A stretch of DNA of 63,847 nucleotides, counting the filler, from Choristocarpus tenellus KU-1152 (taxonomy: Eukaryota > Protista > Phaeophyceae), in NCBI GenBank assembly GCA_964200185.2. It is 10 parts of 10 records of this genome, joined end to end, with 100 filler letters (N's around TTAATTAATTAA, not from the genome) between each part and the next. Parts side by side here need not be neighbours in the genome. Positions count along the whole stretch, not along the records: positions 21,152 to 36,931 come from CAXNAD020000929.1; 9 more parts are not named here. One strand, written 5' to 3'. The position numbers and the translations under genes were made by a program. Each line of letters begins with the position of its first letter. Position 1 is the first letter of the stretch. Shown here in pieces: positions 24,401 through 37,031 of the stretch. Under the pieces are notes generated by a model. It saw only the letters and a program-made list of their open reading frames with translations, made no database searches and was not told the DNA's origin.

Positions 24401-25494
24401 GTGGCCTGAAGAGACAAGGGAGGCGATGCTCTCCTTCTCATAGTGTTGTTCCAACCCACTGTGACAAACAACCCTTGAGATGTTCATCAATGGTTCACCT
24501 TTGTGTGTTTCGCAGAACTCTTACTTGCAGTCCTACTTGCATCACCCCAGTAATAGTACTGCAGTAAAAGTGTTGTTGGCAGCTTGATCATTTGTTGTGC
24601 TGCCCCTTGGCAATTTGGTATTGGATCTCGCAAGTACCCCCTCCAACAGCTACAAGAGTCATGCCGTCAAGATCCTCTTAAAAGATCAAATCAACACTTC
24701 CATACTTGTTGCTTTCGAGGGGTTCCGATACTTTCATACTCTTAAGTATTGATTTTTACCATGTTCTCCATTAGGCTTTTGTGGCCCCGCAGTTGCACCA
24801 TGAAAGACTTTTCCAAACATGTACTGGGTCTTCTTACCTGTCCTCTCAGGGTGGATCTAGTGAGGATCTGTACACATCTATCCACAGCAAGATCTTCAGC
24901 CTTCCCAATGACTGCACTGTCTACCCAGCACATGATTACAAGGTAACTAGGAGTGCCTGAATGCTATGCTCCTAGTTGTTTTTATGTCATGTGAATAGTT
25001 TGTTGCTTTGTGTCTGCAAGGGAATCTTTCGTTCCTTTGTGGCAAGCACTTGGGTCCATGCTGAAGTCATCGCATCTCTCATGTGCTGCTCAATTCACAG
25101 TGTGTTTTGAGTATAAAACACCAGAAGCATGTTGGTGTATGTACAACCTCAATTGTATTGAACAGACTCTGTGATTACCCACGTAATACCCTCCCTATAC
25201 AGTGATAGTTTACAAAACAACAAGAACAGTTACAGTGCCATTATTTTGTATTTCGGTCCTGCAACTTTTGTCTTCTCACTCTGACTGTTGGTGCCCTGTG
25301 GTCGTGGTTTTTCTCAGGGGCGGCATAGCAGTACAGTTGGGGAGGAGAGGCTGCATAACCCACGCCTCACCAAGTCTAAGGAAGAGTTCAGTAATATCAT
25401 GGCAAACCTCGGACTGTCTTACCCGACACAAATGGACCGGGCTGTCCCAGCCAACATGGTTTGTGGAATACATGAAGGAGACGAAAAGGCCTGA
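21444..25494 (+). CDS. ETHE1: Persulfide dioxygenase ETHE1 (metallo-beta-lactamase fold) with an N-terminal DUF442/Blh-like Cys (sulfurtransferase/phosphatase-fold) domain
   Basis: Exons 21444-21491, 21591-~21670, (uncertain small exon ~21846-21914), 22037-22155, 22459-22624, 22783-22846, 23486-23718, 24059-24185, 24850-24942 and 25318-25494. ETHE1 motifs: [81 protein letters not shown]. The N-domain carries [18 protein letters not shown]. Confidence 0.93.
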
Positions 25495-25627
25495 ATGTTA
25501 CAAACGCATCTGGGGATGAAATCTTGGGGGGGTGTTGTGGTAGAAGTACTTGAAATGGCAGTGGCTCTTGCATTATATGCATTTCTACTTGTGACTGAAC
25601 ACTTTCTTCTTTGGTGATCGATTAATG

Positions 25628-25637
<10 letters not shown>

Positions 25638-25688
<51 letters not shown>
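25638..25688. repeat. (CA)n microsatellite
   Basis: Long pure CA run. Other microsatellites: ~4925-4965 (CA), 6938-6968 (TG), 16856-16890 (TACA), 27803-27834 (GTCC), 28003-28030 (GA), 35510-35540 and 36566-36590 (TAT). Confidence 0.95.
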
Positions 25689-25693
<5 letters not shown>

Positions 25694-27999
25694 TGTATAG
25701 GTACTCCTTGTTTGCCAAGTACCCTCATGTTGGGAGTAATCTGTACTTCACTTCTTCAAATGTTGCTGTAGATGTTTGCGTAAGATGTGATGTGTGCTGT
25801 CTGAAGCGTGATGGGGTTGGTTGGTTTCTGTTTTGGCAATCTTGCCTGCTTTGGAAATCTTGTGGTCCAATTGGGACAGTATTGTATTGGTTGGGGTCTT
25901 GCCATACTTCCCAAAGTTGTCTGGTTACATGTGTGTGTATCTTGCATGCTGAACTGGAGGGTCCCTCCCTTGTTGAGCACTAAATGTCATTGTTACGTTG
26001 TGTTCAGGGTGATGGTTGTGTTTATCGAGGCATGTTTTGTACTCCAAAACACTCTCATCCGGTGTTCTGCTGAAGAATACACCTTTTGGTGATGGGAGCT
26101 TTATTTTTGGCCGCAGTAGGTCTTCAAGTGGAAGGTTGCTGGAGGGGAGGGGGCTTGAAAGGATGCAGATTGTACGTTCTGTGTTGTGAAGGATTGTTCG
26201 TAGTACCAAAAGAAAGGAGTAGTAGTGCAAGGCACTATCAAACTGAAATACGTGCATTTAGGGGAGAAAAAAAAAAAGATGGTGAGTTCTTGAAGGGACG
26301 AAGGAATACAAAGTACCTTGGTAGGAAAAGGATCAAGGGAAGATGGTACAAGAGTATTCAGCTATTCAGGTGGTAGAGGACTGGGATGTGTCAACATTGT
26401 GTGGAAACACGTACAAAAATGAGGACAAATAGCCATGGCAAAATCAACACAAGAGCATAACAACATCAGACCCCCATGAAGTGAAGTATTGAGCAATATA
26501 ATGTTATGATGCTTCCCAGCAATATGATCAAGACAAGACACTCACGCCCGTACATACACACCTTCATACAGTAGGAGATATGTGATCCCTACCCTGGACA
26601 ACTCTCAAGTACGAAGTATTGCATGCCTATCTTTCAAGGGGGTGCTCTTAGAGTGCTTCATTTTTGAACTACAAATCATATTTTGGGTATGTAAGCAATT
26701 TGCATGTGGTCGATCCATTAGTACATAAAATACTACATGGATGGACACACCAGTTCCAGGTAGTATGCAAAGTATCATGGGGCATGTTGAGCCAATGTTC
26801 ATCCTCCAACTGCTTTATTACTTGGTGGTCATGAGTGAGAGGGCCATATATAGTCCCTGTCACAACTTGATCCTCCTCCAACTGTCTAGCTCTTGCAAAA
26901 AGCACCTCATTACTGTACATACCAGACTATTGTGGCGAACAATCAATAATACTGTGGACATTACCAAGTCAACACTTCTTAGATATGTTAACCTGATGAC
27001 ACATCTACCCACCTCTGCAATGAAATTGGTTTCATATGACACATAAGGAAGGTCATAGATAGCCAGTCTGTTCCAACTGGACTTTCGTGTTTGAACTGCC
27101 AAGGACACACAGGGCAGACAACTTTCTGTGACATAATAAAATATCCAAAAGAGACCAAGACGGAGTCAATTGCTCTCGAGCAACCTTTACTGCTCTGCAC
27201 TGTCCTGCGGTCTTACAACTCAGTGCTATATCAAGTGCACATTCAGGCACTTTGACCAGGAGGAGGCTGCTCACTCACCTCCAACTTCTGGTGCACCCCA
27301 TATCAGAGAACATCAATAATAAAAATTAAGTATGTTGTATAGAATCCATCCCCGCCTGTGTTGTAAGAGAAAAAATAAATGGAGCAATAAGGTCGGTACA
27401 AAGACCCAAAGTAAAGTCGCCCCCCCCCATCACCTCACACTTTTACCTAGCCCACCCTAACCCTTACAAGCTCAATACACAAGACAAACCAAAGGACCCC
27501 CTGTCACTCTGGACGTAATATACAGAGTAAGATTGGTTGGACTCCACCCAAGGAACAAATTTACTATTCAGACAATCCTATTGCCAGAATGTTGGTACCC
27601 ACACCTCATGGAAGGCGAGGGGCTTGAATCTATGACTGTCTGCACTGAAAGTTTCCTGGGATCTTCAGTCCCTACAATTCAAAATACATGCCAAAAATAA
27701 CACCACTCAGTGTGCCAAACAGAAGAAACCAGATGCGATTGCTCCACCAATAATGTGCATGTATGTTACACCTGGCATTCTCAAAAAAATTAACAAAAAT
27801 AACGTCCGTCCGTCCGTCCGTCCGTCCGTCCGTCCCCCCCCCCTTCTTGCCTATTGCGTACATCAAACCAACTCATGGCAATCTATCCACAACAAGGAGA
27901 AGTCACACAGATACATAGTATATATGGAACACTAAACCAGACCGATCAAAGAATCGTGCTGGTGCAGTGTCCGAACAGACCACTCTCAAACAAGACCTC

Positions 28000-28030
<31 letters not shown>

Positions 28031-28040
28031 TACACACGCT

Positions 28041-31000
28041 TCATGCCATTCTACCTCGAGACTCAGCCAATTTCTTGCTCCGTTTTGTCTTGGCAGCAGC
28101 ACGGTAGGCTGACTTTCGTGCTGCCTGAGCCTTTGGTGCAGCAAGTATCGCCTTGATGGGTTTGTTCTTCAACACAACGGCGGGTGTCTTGCTCTGCGAA
28201 TCTTGTATGTTGCTGATGCACTTTCCAAACGCCACGTTGGTCTTATCCACCAGAGAGGGTACTGAGTGTCAAAAAGCAAGCCACAGGACCGAGGGAGCAG
28301 TGTCCGTAAGTCTCGTGTGGATTGGTTTGAGGGCATGGGCTGTGGCACTGACGATGTTGTCAACCCTCACAACAGTAGGGAGTGTGTGAAACAATCTGAG
28401 CATTGTACTTTCTTAGAGGGGGATCGATTTTGGCCCCTTTTGGGGGTGGGGGGGGTTCAAGGCCATTTTCAACCTGTGCAATGTACACTCTGGGCACGCT
28501 TGCTAACCCTAACCCTAGGGTTGTTATGGCTTGTAGAAGGAGATTAGTAATGATACTAATGATATGTAACACACTGTTAGCTGAAAGTGCCATCCACTGT
28601 GCTCAAAACAAACGTACTACAATGCAATAATAGTAATAATAGACACCCTTGAAACTCAATAATGACACTCCACTCCCTCCTTTGATGGTGTAGCATCACT
28701 CAATGAAAATGGAAAGCTTAATCTTTGGAGCTAACCCTGACCCCGACCCCCGTGTGAGGTAAGGCCTAAGGGTCTCAGTGAAATGAACATCAAGCACAGA
28801 ACAATCAGGACAGTGTTCCGCCTTTGATAGGAGACACTCTTGACAAAACTACCCTGGCTTCAACCCTCGTCAATATGCAAGCAATACCATCTCTACACAA
28901 AAGGAGAACAACCCACAGCTGAACAAGGTGACCCTACCTCCGTTGATAGGCTTAACAGGCCCGGTGTATGGCTTGAAAGCGAAATCCTCCCTCTTACCAT
29001 TGGAGCTGAGGCTAAACTCCTTTACCTGCAAGAGCAAGGCAAGGACACTGAGTAAAATAAAAAAAAGAAAGTCATACCGGACAAAAATCCTCTTCACAAA
29101 AATCCCTTTCAGAAACATGAAAAAGTTGTTTCACAGAAATATTGCTAAAATAAGCTTAGGGTTAAGGTTTGAGCGTTCATTGTTTTCACCTGAGTCGGTT
29201 TCTTTGCACTTTTCGGGAGTGACACAGAAGAGCGTTTGCTCGCCGCGGCTGTCACTCGCCTTCCCACTGATGGAGTTGACGAGGAGTCAGGCGTGTTGGC
29301 CCTCTCGGAGGGAGTCACAGCAGTCTGCCTCATTGATAACCTCGACTTGGACGAGGACATGTCACTTGCCGAACCTGGAACAACCTTGGGGATTCCTGCT
29401 ATTAGAGAGACAGGAAAAACACAAGTACCATAGCCCTGTTAAAATGGATCCAAACACAGATACAAAGATACAAAGACACAAAGACACACACACACATCAA
29501 GAACACTATTTACTTCATCGGTACAAGCACATAGATAACATGTATATGCTATAAACACGCATGTATATGCTATAAACACACATGTATATGCTATAAACAC
29601 ACAATACAACAGCGAACAGATCAACGATGTGCTTGCCGCATTTTGTGTCACTTCCTGCAATACATGGCTACTACTATACCTCCCATTTTTCGGGGCGTTG
29701 GAGTAGCAATGGATCGCTGACTAGCAAAGAGATTCTTGTGAACCTCATCGAACCGCGATCTTGTCAACGCCTTTCCACTCAAAGACTCTGTTCTCCGCAA
29801 CTTAGAGCCCGCCTCGTGTGACTTGCCATTCGCCTTGGGCACACCACCACTTCCCGCACTCTTTTCCTTGCCTGCCGGCTTTACCCTCTCCTGTGTGCAG
29901 AGAGCGCACCAGCATAGGTTCAGTCTAGGGATTGGATGGTATCAACTGCCAACACCATCTTAGAGGTATACCTTCTAAGAGGGGAATGATTTGAGATCTT
30001 CTGAGTTTTCAAGACCTTTTTTTGAGCCTTGTGCAGTATACACAACACCTGCGGCTGTGGAAGAGAAGATTAGCAATGATACATAACACATCGTTAGCCA
30101 AAACGCCTTCCCTAGTCGTGCTCAAATCGCATCGAAAAACCACAAAGGCAGTCACAGAGGCCCTTCTTCAAAAAAAACAAAAATCAATGAAAACCCCACC
30201 CCGCCTTAGTTGGTACACCACTGTCATCCCGTTTCAGAAGAACAAAAAAATATATCTGCAAAACTTTGAACAATTTTCGGGGCAGGAAGTATCGCCAACA
30301 AATGTAGACTCATGGCACCAGACCCTAACCTAAGAACAGAAGCGGAAGGTATGTCACAAGTGGGAACCCAGCATGCACTCTATCCACAGAGAGCGGCACC
30401 CTAACCCTAAAAACCCTCAACTTCTCTTACCACTTTTGTTACCTGAGACCTGTAGACAACAGAGTTAGAAACTAGACACTTAGCACGTTCAGACTCTGCC
30501 ACAGTAGTGTGTTAATTGAAGCCATGTGGGTTCAATAGAGTGCCCTGGTTGGTGAGGGACCTTGTGATGCAGTGTCGGAGGCAAAATCTTCTCTAAGGTG
30601 AAGGGGATGTCGCGGTCTGTTTATACATTCCTCAAAAAAAAAAACTCCCCCATTACTTCTAATGTAGTTGGGTGACTGCATGTTTTCCCATATAGAGCGG
30701 TCGTGGTCTTTTCACTGAATCGTTCTCAGCAATGAGCAGGCAGTAGTACACTGGGAGGGGAACATATGCTAAACAACGCAGCAATCCTATTCCCGGTCTG
30801 TTTAAAAGGCATATCCTTTAGAGCATTTCAATGTGTACAAAATAAAATAGCTGGAATCATGAGCTCCTCGATGTAAGATACAAATTCCCAGGGTAGAAAA
30901 GGAAACACTGTATGTATCTGCAGTATGGGTATGTTGTCTCCAATCGTACTGGTCCAATTTGGAATATGCACTAGTTTATTGGCCTACATGGGCCAATGAG

Positions 31001-33165
31001 AGAGGTTCATTCGGGCCTCGAAAGAGACCCACCTATTTGTGTTAGCCTACACCCTTGACACCTGAGTTAGTCCACACACTTTAGTTTCAGGGTTGGTTTT
31101 TGTTTTTGGAAAAACACCTGACATGTTTTAGTGTTGGTAGGTTCCTATAAAATATTAAATTCTCGGTAGAAGATTGAGGGTTAGGGTTACTTCAACAAAA
31201 ATAAAACAAAATTCGGGTGAGACAAGGGAATCACGGATGTAGTTTTCGTCGACTTCGCCAGGCAAATTCTCAACATCTTTCTATTGACTAGATTCTCAAA
31301 TGAAAAAGTGCCAAAAACCTATCACAAGGACGAAAAATTCACCAACCTGTCCCCCCACTAATACTATTTAAGCAATTTGGAAGGGCAGGGAAGGGGTTCT
31401 GTGGCGTAAAGACGTGTCCAAAAGGTCTTTAGAAGGTGCCCCTTTGTGGTCTAAGACCATAAATAGGTACTACCATGGGTCGTTAGGGGGCAAGAATGGT
31501 CTTAGACCATTCACCTGCTGGAGATTGCACTCGGAACACATAGCATGGGGTATTCCCATGTATTCCAAACAGGAAGGAGTGTAATTTTTCATGGTGCTCA
31601 GTCCTTCCACACAAACAACTACCCTATATCTTCTGGACCGCTTTGAACCCCCTTTGGAAAAACAAGGAAGGGGATACGCCCCTTGATATGCACCCCTCTG
31701 ATTGGTTACACACCACAGTGATCTCTAATGACCTTGGCTGTTTGAGAGCATGCATTGAAAATCTGTAGAATAGTTGTAACCCAAGCCATTAAATCTTGAC
31801 GTACTAGGGAGGTATTTAATAAAAAGCAAAAAAAATGTGCTATTGGGGTCATAGAAACAAATTATGACACCATTGAAATTTTCTTTTCCTCCCATCTCAA
31901 CAACACACACCACCATTTTGTAGATCCTACAATATATGTGGTATATTATTACTATTGTTTTTCCACTTGTACCTGCTATCAAAAGCAAGGATAGACACTT
32001 CTAAAATGCAGCATATTCTCTTGCATGGGGTATAGGTCCCTCACCAGAACAGCGTATTTCTCCTCGTCGGTCTCCTTGGTATAGACCCCCCTTGCCCCTT
32101 TGCCTCTTCCGATGATATCCCCCTTTGTTTCTTCAGTTTGCTTCTGGACAAGGTAGCACAGTTCGGTGGGCAAGTTAAAATCAACGGTTTATTTCGTTTT
32201 GTGCTGTACACGCATATCTCTTGTGTTACCAAGAAAGAGAAGAGAACCAAGATAATGCTAGAGATTACTAAAGAAGGGGATAAGGTAACCTATTTTGAAG
32301 CAAGGAAGCCAAAATATGTTCTCTCAACTCATAACACAAGCATATTACATATTGGTGCTCCAAGCGTCTATTCATTTGCACCACTCCAATCTGCACTGCC
32401 TCAAACAGAGAGAGAAAAAAAAATCTAGGGGCGACGGAGTCACGAAGATCCTTCTCAAGTTGTAGAAGGATGCCTGAGGAACGTACCATCGAGGGAGTAT
32501 CACTCTTGGGTTGTCCCATGGTCGAATTCTCGACTAGAGATGTGGGGTCTTTACTTGGATCATCGCTGCCCTGAACACCCACAGGAGGGCTTTGGACACT
32601 CGAGATACATACCGGGGAACCGCAATCCTCGGTAGGTACCTGGACCCGCTCCTCGTCATCTGAAGCAGGGACTTTGAAAGGAGCAGGGGTGATATCAGTA
32701 ACGTCGTTGTTGACACAGGGAGGTTCATCAGCGCTTTCATCCCCTTTCCCTTCGAGGTCCGGCGTTGACTCCGCCTGAAATAGATTAACATTTTTCGCTT
32801 CCTCATGAACTGAGGTTACCGAACCTGCTTCCTTGTCACCTTCGTCCTTCAATCGACACAAAGAAAGGGGTCGACATTAACATGCTGGCAAGATGAACAT
32901 AAAGATTAGTAGCAGGATAAGATAACTTGCACATGAGTTTCTCACAGTATTACTCAGACATCAACTAATATCACGGGACCCCTGCACCAGAAGTGAAAAA
33001 GCCTTTTACCTCGTTAGAGCAGGAACCCTGCTGTCGAAGAAGTTTGATCAAATTATTACGTTTCTGGTTGGCCCTTATATCACAATTCTTTGCCATTGCC
33101 TGTAGGTCCTTATAGCTTGCACCCTCCAGATCAACATCCTTACCCAGTACTTGTGACAATGTCAT
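28041..33165 (-). CDS. SAP-domain, NuSAP (nucleolar and spindle-associated protein)-like basic microtubule-binding protein
   Basis: Exons 33165-33010, 32846-32487, 32143-32045, (unresolved exons 30-31.3 kb), 29890-29680, ~29395-29190, 29025-28938 and 28261-28041. SAP-like ASYKDLQAMAKNCDIRANQKRNNLIKLL, then SRFDEVHKNLFASQRSI, FAFKPYTGPVKP and a basic C-terminal helix AARKSAYRAAAKTKRSKKLAESRG. Confidence 0.7.
29539..29602. repeat. 21-bp tandem repeat x3
   Basis: CATGTATATGCTATAAACAC(G/A) repeated three times in an intron. Confidence 0.9.
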
Positions 33166-33476
33166 CTTCAATATATATTGGTTGTGGTTTCTTCTCTCTT
33201 CAAGTTTACCCAACCCAGGAAAGCGCAGTCGATCATACACTCAATAGAGGTTGGGGGGATATCTTTTCAAATTCCCTTCATTTTACCCACTATATTCCAA
33301 CGGTATTTTGAACGCCTTCGAAGCCATCAGCAAGTAGATCCTCTTTCCTAAGATTAGAGTAAAAGTAGTTGTACAAATAGAAAACTCCACTTTTAATGTA
33401 ATGTCTTTGCTCCATCTCAAGTGACTATTTTGGTGCTATTCATAGGGAAATAATTACGAACTTGGACTGTTTGGGC
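33166..33476. promoter_or_regulatory. Putative bidirectional promoter / 5' UTR region (311 bp)
   Basis: Lies between the divergent ATGs at 33165 (-) and 33477 (+). No specific motif was identified. Confidence 0.45.
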
Positions 33477-36039
33477 ATGCACTATGCTAGGTTTCATCGT
33501 GTCGCGGCAGTCCTGGTACAACTTTTCATAGCTATTCATGGCTTGAAATACAAGCTTCACAGAGACCTACAGTCGCCAGATGACTTCAGCTACACTGAGG
33601 GATGGATGTTCGGAAGCGATGAGGGTCCAATCTTTGCCAAAGACGGCCCCAGCTACATACAAGTTGACTTGAACGTTACAACTTTGTGAGTTCTATCGGC
33701 ATCACGTGTTCCTTACTGGCAACCTTTCTGGTCATCAGGGACCTCTTTACAAGCGTTACACACCTCCATACAGTCGTAGAGATTATCGATTGGTATGGAC
33801 AGTATATATTCACCTATTCTTAATAACGCAGCCAAAAACTCGCAATTTTCGAAGTTGGACCACCTTGATTTGATCGTTTTGGGATTCTTGTGTTTGTCTC
33901 GCGAGGGATGCGATACGCTAACCTTAGCAGCGATAAAGATGGGGAGAACAGTCACTGACTGCCTTGCATCACCGCTTAAGTCAAAGTCGTACACATGAAG
34001 TGCTCTTCACGTCAAGATCCTTCTCCCTGGTATCTGAAAAAATTCTGAGACCTCCAACCCCTCCCCAACCTCACTTCCTCAAGCACCCTCGAAGAAGGGA
34101 CAGACATGAGTGTCAACTTGATGTTCTACCGCACGGAGATAATGGAGTACTTGGATTCTGAATTTGACTTATGCCATGATGAACCTATCGTGCCAAGGGA
34201 CTTCGTGGATGTGAGGACTTGACCTCTTGTTGATAAGCTCACGATTTGCAGCCTTCACACAATTTGTCCGATGCAACATAATCCTTACTAAGCGTATGTG
34301 AGTTCGTTACATCTCAATAGGTCGCATGTTGTCTTTTGAATTGACACGTACGGAATTCTGGTTTCTTGGAGCGACCCTACTGTTGTTTTTTAGCGTATGA
34401 AATGCACAGCATAAAATTCTTTGGTAGAGACCTTTTGGTGACCGACCTTTGAAGCAATCGACCTGTCCCATGTCAACACTGAGCTTAATGCTTGAAACCA
34501 AGAAAGTGTCATTGTACATAAATCTGTTCCAGAGTATTTCTACCTATAGGAGAATGCACTCTATTCTTTTTTTTGTCGTTCTGAGGTTCTATTGCTCTGG
34601 AGTAAATTGATAGGGGAAAACAGTTTCATAATCAATTCTCAGCGATGCTGCAGTACAGTGATTGCAAGGTTTGTATGTCTACGTGTATGTTCATACAGAT
34701 ACGTACTTTTAGAATTATATTTCCCCCAGACCAAAACTGTGGGGGTAGGCTTTCCTAAATATATTCGTTTCAAATTGTATTTGTGGGGACTCCATTTGCT
34801 ACCTCTAGCATGTCATCTGTACCGGCTAGCTTTGTCGCTGCGTGTCCTGCTGGCTAGAGTTGAAGCTATGCCGTATCTACTGTAATACTGTTACTGTTAC
34901 TGTTGCGCTTTCTAGCATGCTGCTCGTAGAAACGTTTCAGGTGTGTTTTGGTCCTTCACATTTCTGTTCCATCATGAACGCTGAGTATCGCCTGTATGTC
35001 CTGTTCCATCATGAACTAGAATAACACTAGAATAACACAGGGCTTTGCGTTGTTTGCGCAAAAGCTCGCCTCTGCCGGAAAGAGATAGAAATATGCCAAA
35101 GAAAACAAAGAAATAGGCCCTGTCCGCACGATCGATGTTCAAGTGCCTGAAAGTTGTCTGGTGCATCTGAATGCAATATCTGATATGGCGTGATACCAAG
35201 TTGTATAGCAGAATGCCACACAGGTAGGACAATTAACGTCTTGAAAACTAGTCCCTCGGTTGAACGAGTGCTCTTTGGTGATTTTCTTATCAGAGTTCAC
35301 GGAAGTGATGTATAATAGCTGCTCTCTTTTTTTTTTGCATATTATTACAATTATTAACTTCGAGGTGATTTATGAGTACAAGCTCTCCTTTGTTCAAAAA
35401 TAAAAATAAAAAACTTTTATTTCCTGCGGTTGTGTATTTTTTCTTTTTAGGTTCTTTGTTTCTTGGTTCTAACTAGTCATCAGTAGTACAGCCCGCCAAT
35501 TTATTAATACTATTATTATTATTGTTATTATTATTATTGTTGTTTTTGTTGTCCTCTACTGACTGCCTCTGAATTGATACTCCTTGCCCCAAAAATATAC
35601 ACATTACTTTCTTACCCAATTTTTGTCTTGCTATAAAGCTCAAAATTACCTCTGATAAACAAAACAAAACAAAACAGCTCTAATAACCCTTTTTTTTATT
35701 TTCACACATCTTTGTCTTGCTGTAAAGCTTAAAATTACCTCTGAAAACAAAACAAAACAAAACAAAACAGTTCTAATAATCCTTTCTTTTTTTTTTACAC
35801 CATTTGTTTGTTTCTTTTTTTGACAGGTTCAAGTTCATTCCTTTCCGGCTCTCCCTCTCCACACTGACGGGGGGCGGGGCGAAATCACTCACAAGGCCCA
35901 CTTGAGCGCACGTTATTTAGTAGAGGAAGCTGGCTTGCAGTACACTTACTTCCAGGTCTGCCCCACGCACCTCAAGGAGCTGGTTGACTTGTCTGTTCAT
36001 GGGGAGCTGATTTTCCGAAACCCCTACGGATATCTGCAG
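33477..36039 (+). CDS. GOST-family seven-transmembrane protein (TMEM87/GPR107/Lung_7-TM_R-like), luminal N-terminal part; 3' partial
   Basis: Exon 33477-33685 begins with a signal-like peptide (RVAAVLVQLFIAIHG). Further exons at ~34095-34210 and 35827-36039, the latter ending VEEAGLQYTYFQVC...VHGELIFRNPYGYL, the motif that precedes TM1 in this family. The link between exons 1 and 2 is unresolved. Confidence 0.75.
35622..35795. repeat. ~88-bp intronic tandem duplication
   Basis: TTTGTCTTGCTRTAAAGCTYAAAATTACCTCTGA..(CAAAA)n..CAGYTCTAATAA occurs twice. Confidence 0.85.
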
Positions 36040-37031
36040 GTGGGAGGGGGGTCGAACTGCACAGAAGTAATAGTCAGGGTTTACTTTTGAGAGCACTTCA
36101 ATGGTACGATCGCATTTACATGAAGAAGAACAAGAACTGGTCGTTTTTGGCAGAGGAATGCTATGTATGTGCTGGTGGGGGGGGGGGGGGTTGGGGTCCC
36201 GGGGGTGTTGATGGTCCGGGGGGTGTTGAGGATATAATTTTTGTTTTNNNNNNNNNNGGAATGCTATGTATGTGCTGGGGGGGGGGGGGGGGTTGCGTCC
36301 CCTGCTCTCTCCATGGCCCGGGAGATGTTGCGTCTATATTTTTTGTTCTTGTTGTCTCATTAAAAAAAAATAATAATGTAGTAGAACAAAATGGTGTAGT
36401 AGTGATGGGGGGTAATGATGTAGTAGAAAAGAGTAGAAATGGAAATGAATGGTGTATTCCGTGTTGGGTAGGATATAAATGTTAAATGCAATAAAATTAG
36501 AAACGCAAGAGAATGAAAGAAGAGGAACGAGTTGATGGTGGGTAGGTAGGTACGATGGACACTTTTTATTATTATTATTATTATTATTATTTACGTACAT
36601 GTCATTATTTGCACCAAGGGAGTAATGGGGTGACCTGTGCCGCGCAAAAAGAGCCGGTAGTATTGTGTGTGTCTGTGTGTCTGCAGGGCAGCATTCCTCC
36701 TCACCTTGCTGGCGTTTTGTATTTTTTATTTTGTACCGTGTGTGTATCGTGAGAATTTATATCTTTCTCAGAATTTTTTTTTAAAGCTGTTTCTGCGCGA
36801 TTTATTTGAGGTACTTTTTTTTATTACTTTTGTTTTCAAGCGGTAAATACTTGCCTGTTCCTCTCGAACGGTCCTGTCTCAAATCATCTCAAATCGTCTC
36901 AAATCGTCGGTCATGTGCAACCTGCCCCCCCNNNNNNNNNNNNNNNNNNNNNNNNNNNNNNNNNNNNNNNNNNNNTTAATTAATTAANNNNNNNNNNNNN
37001 NNNNNNNNNNNNNNNNNNNNNNNNNNNNNNN

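Noticed and set aside
26600-27300. Cluster of overlapping short ORFs and a GTGAGT donor-like site on the minus strand
   Set aside because: No identifiable protein motif. It could be UTR or old TE sequence but cannot be supported.
36155-36345. Direct duplication GGAATGCTATGTATGTGCTGG-polyG
   Set aside because: The copies flank a 10-N scaffold gap at poly-G runs, so this is probably an assembly overlap artefact.
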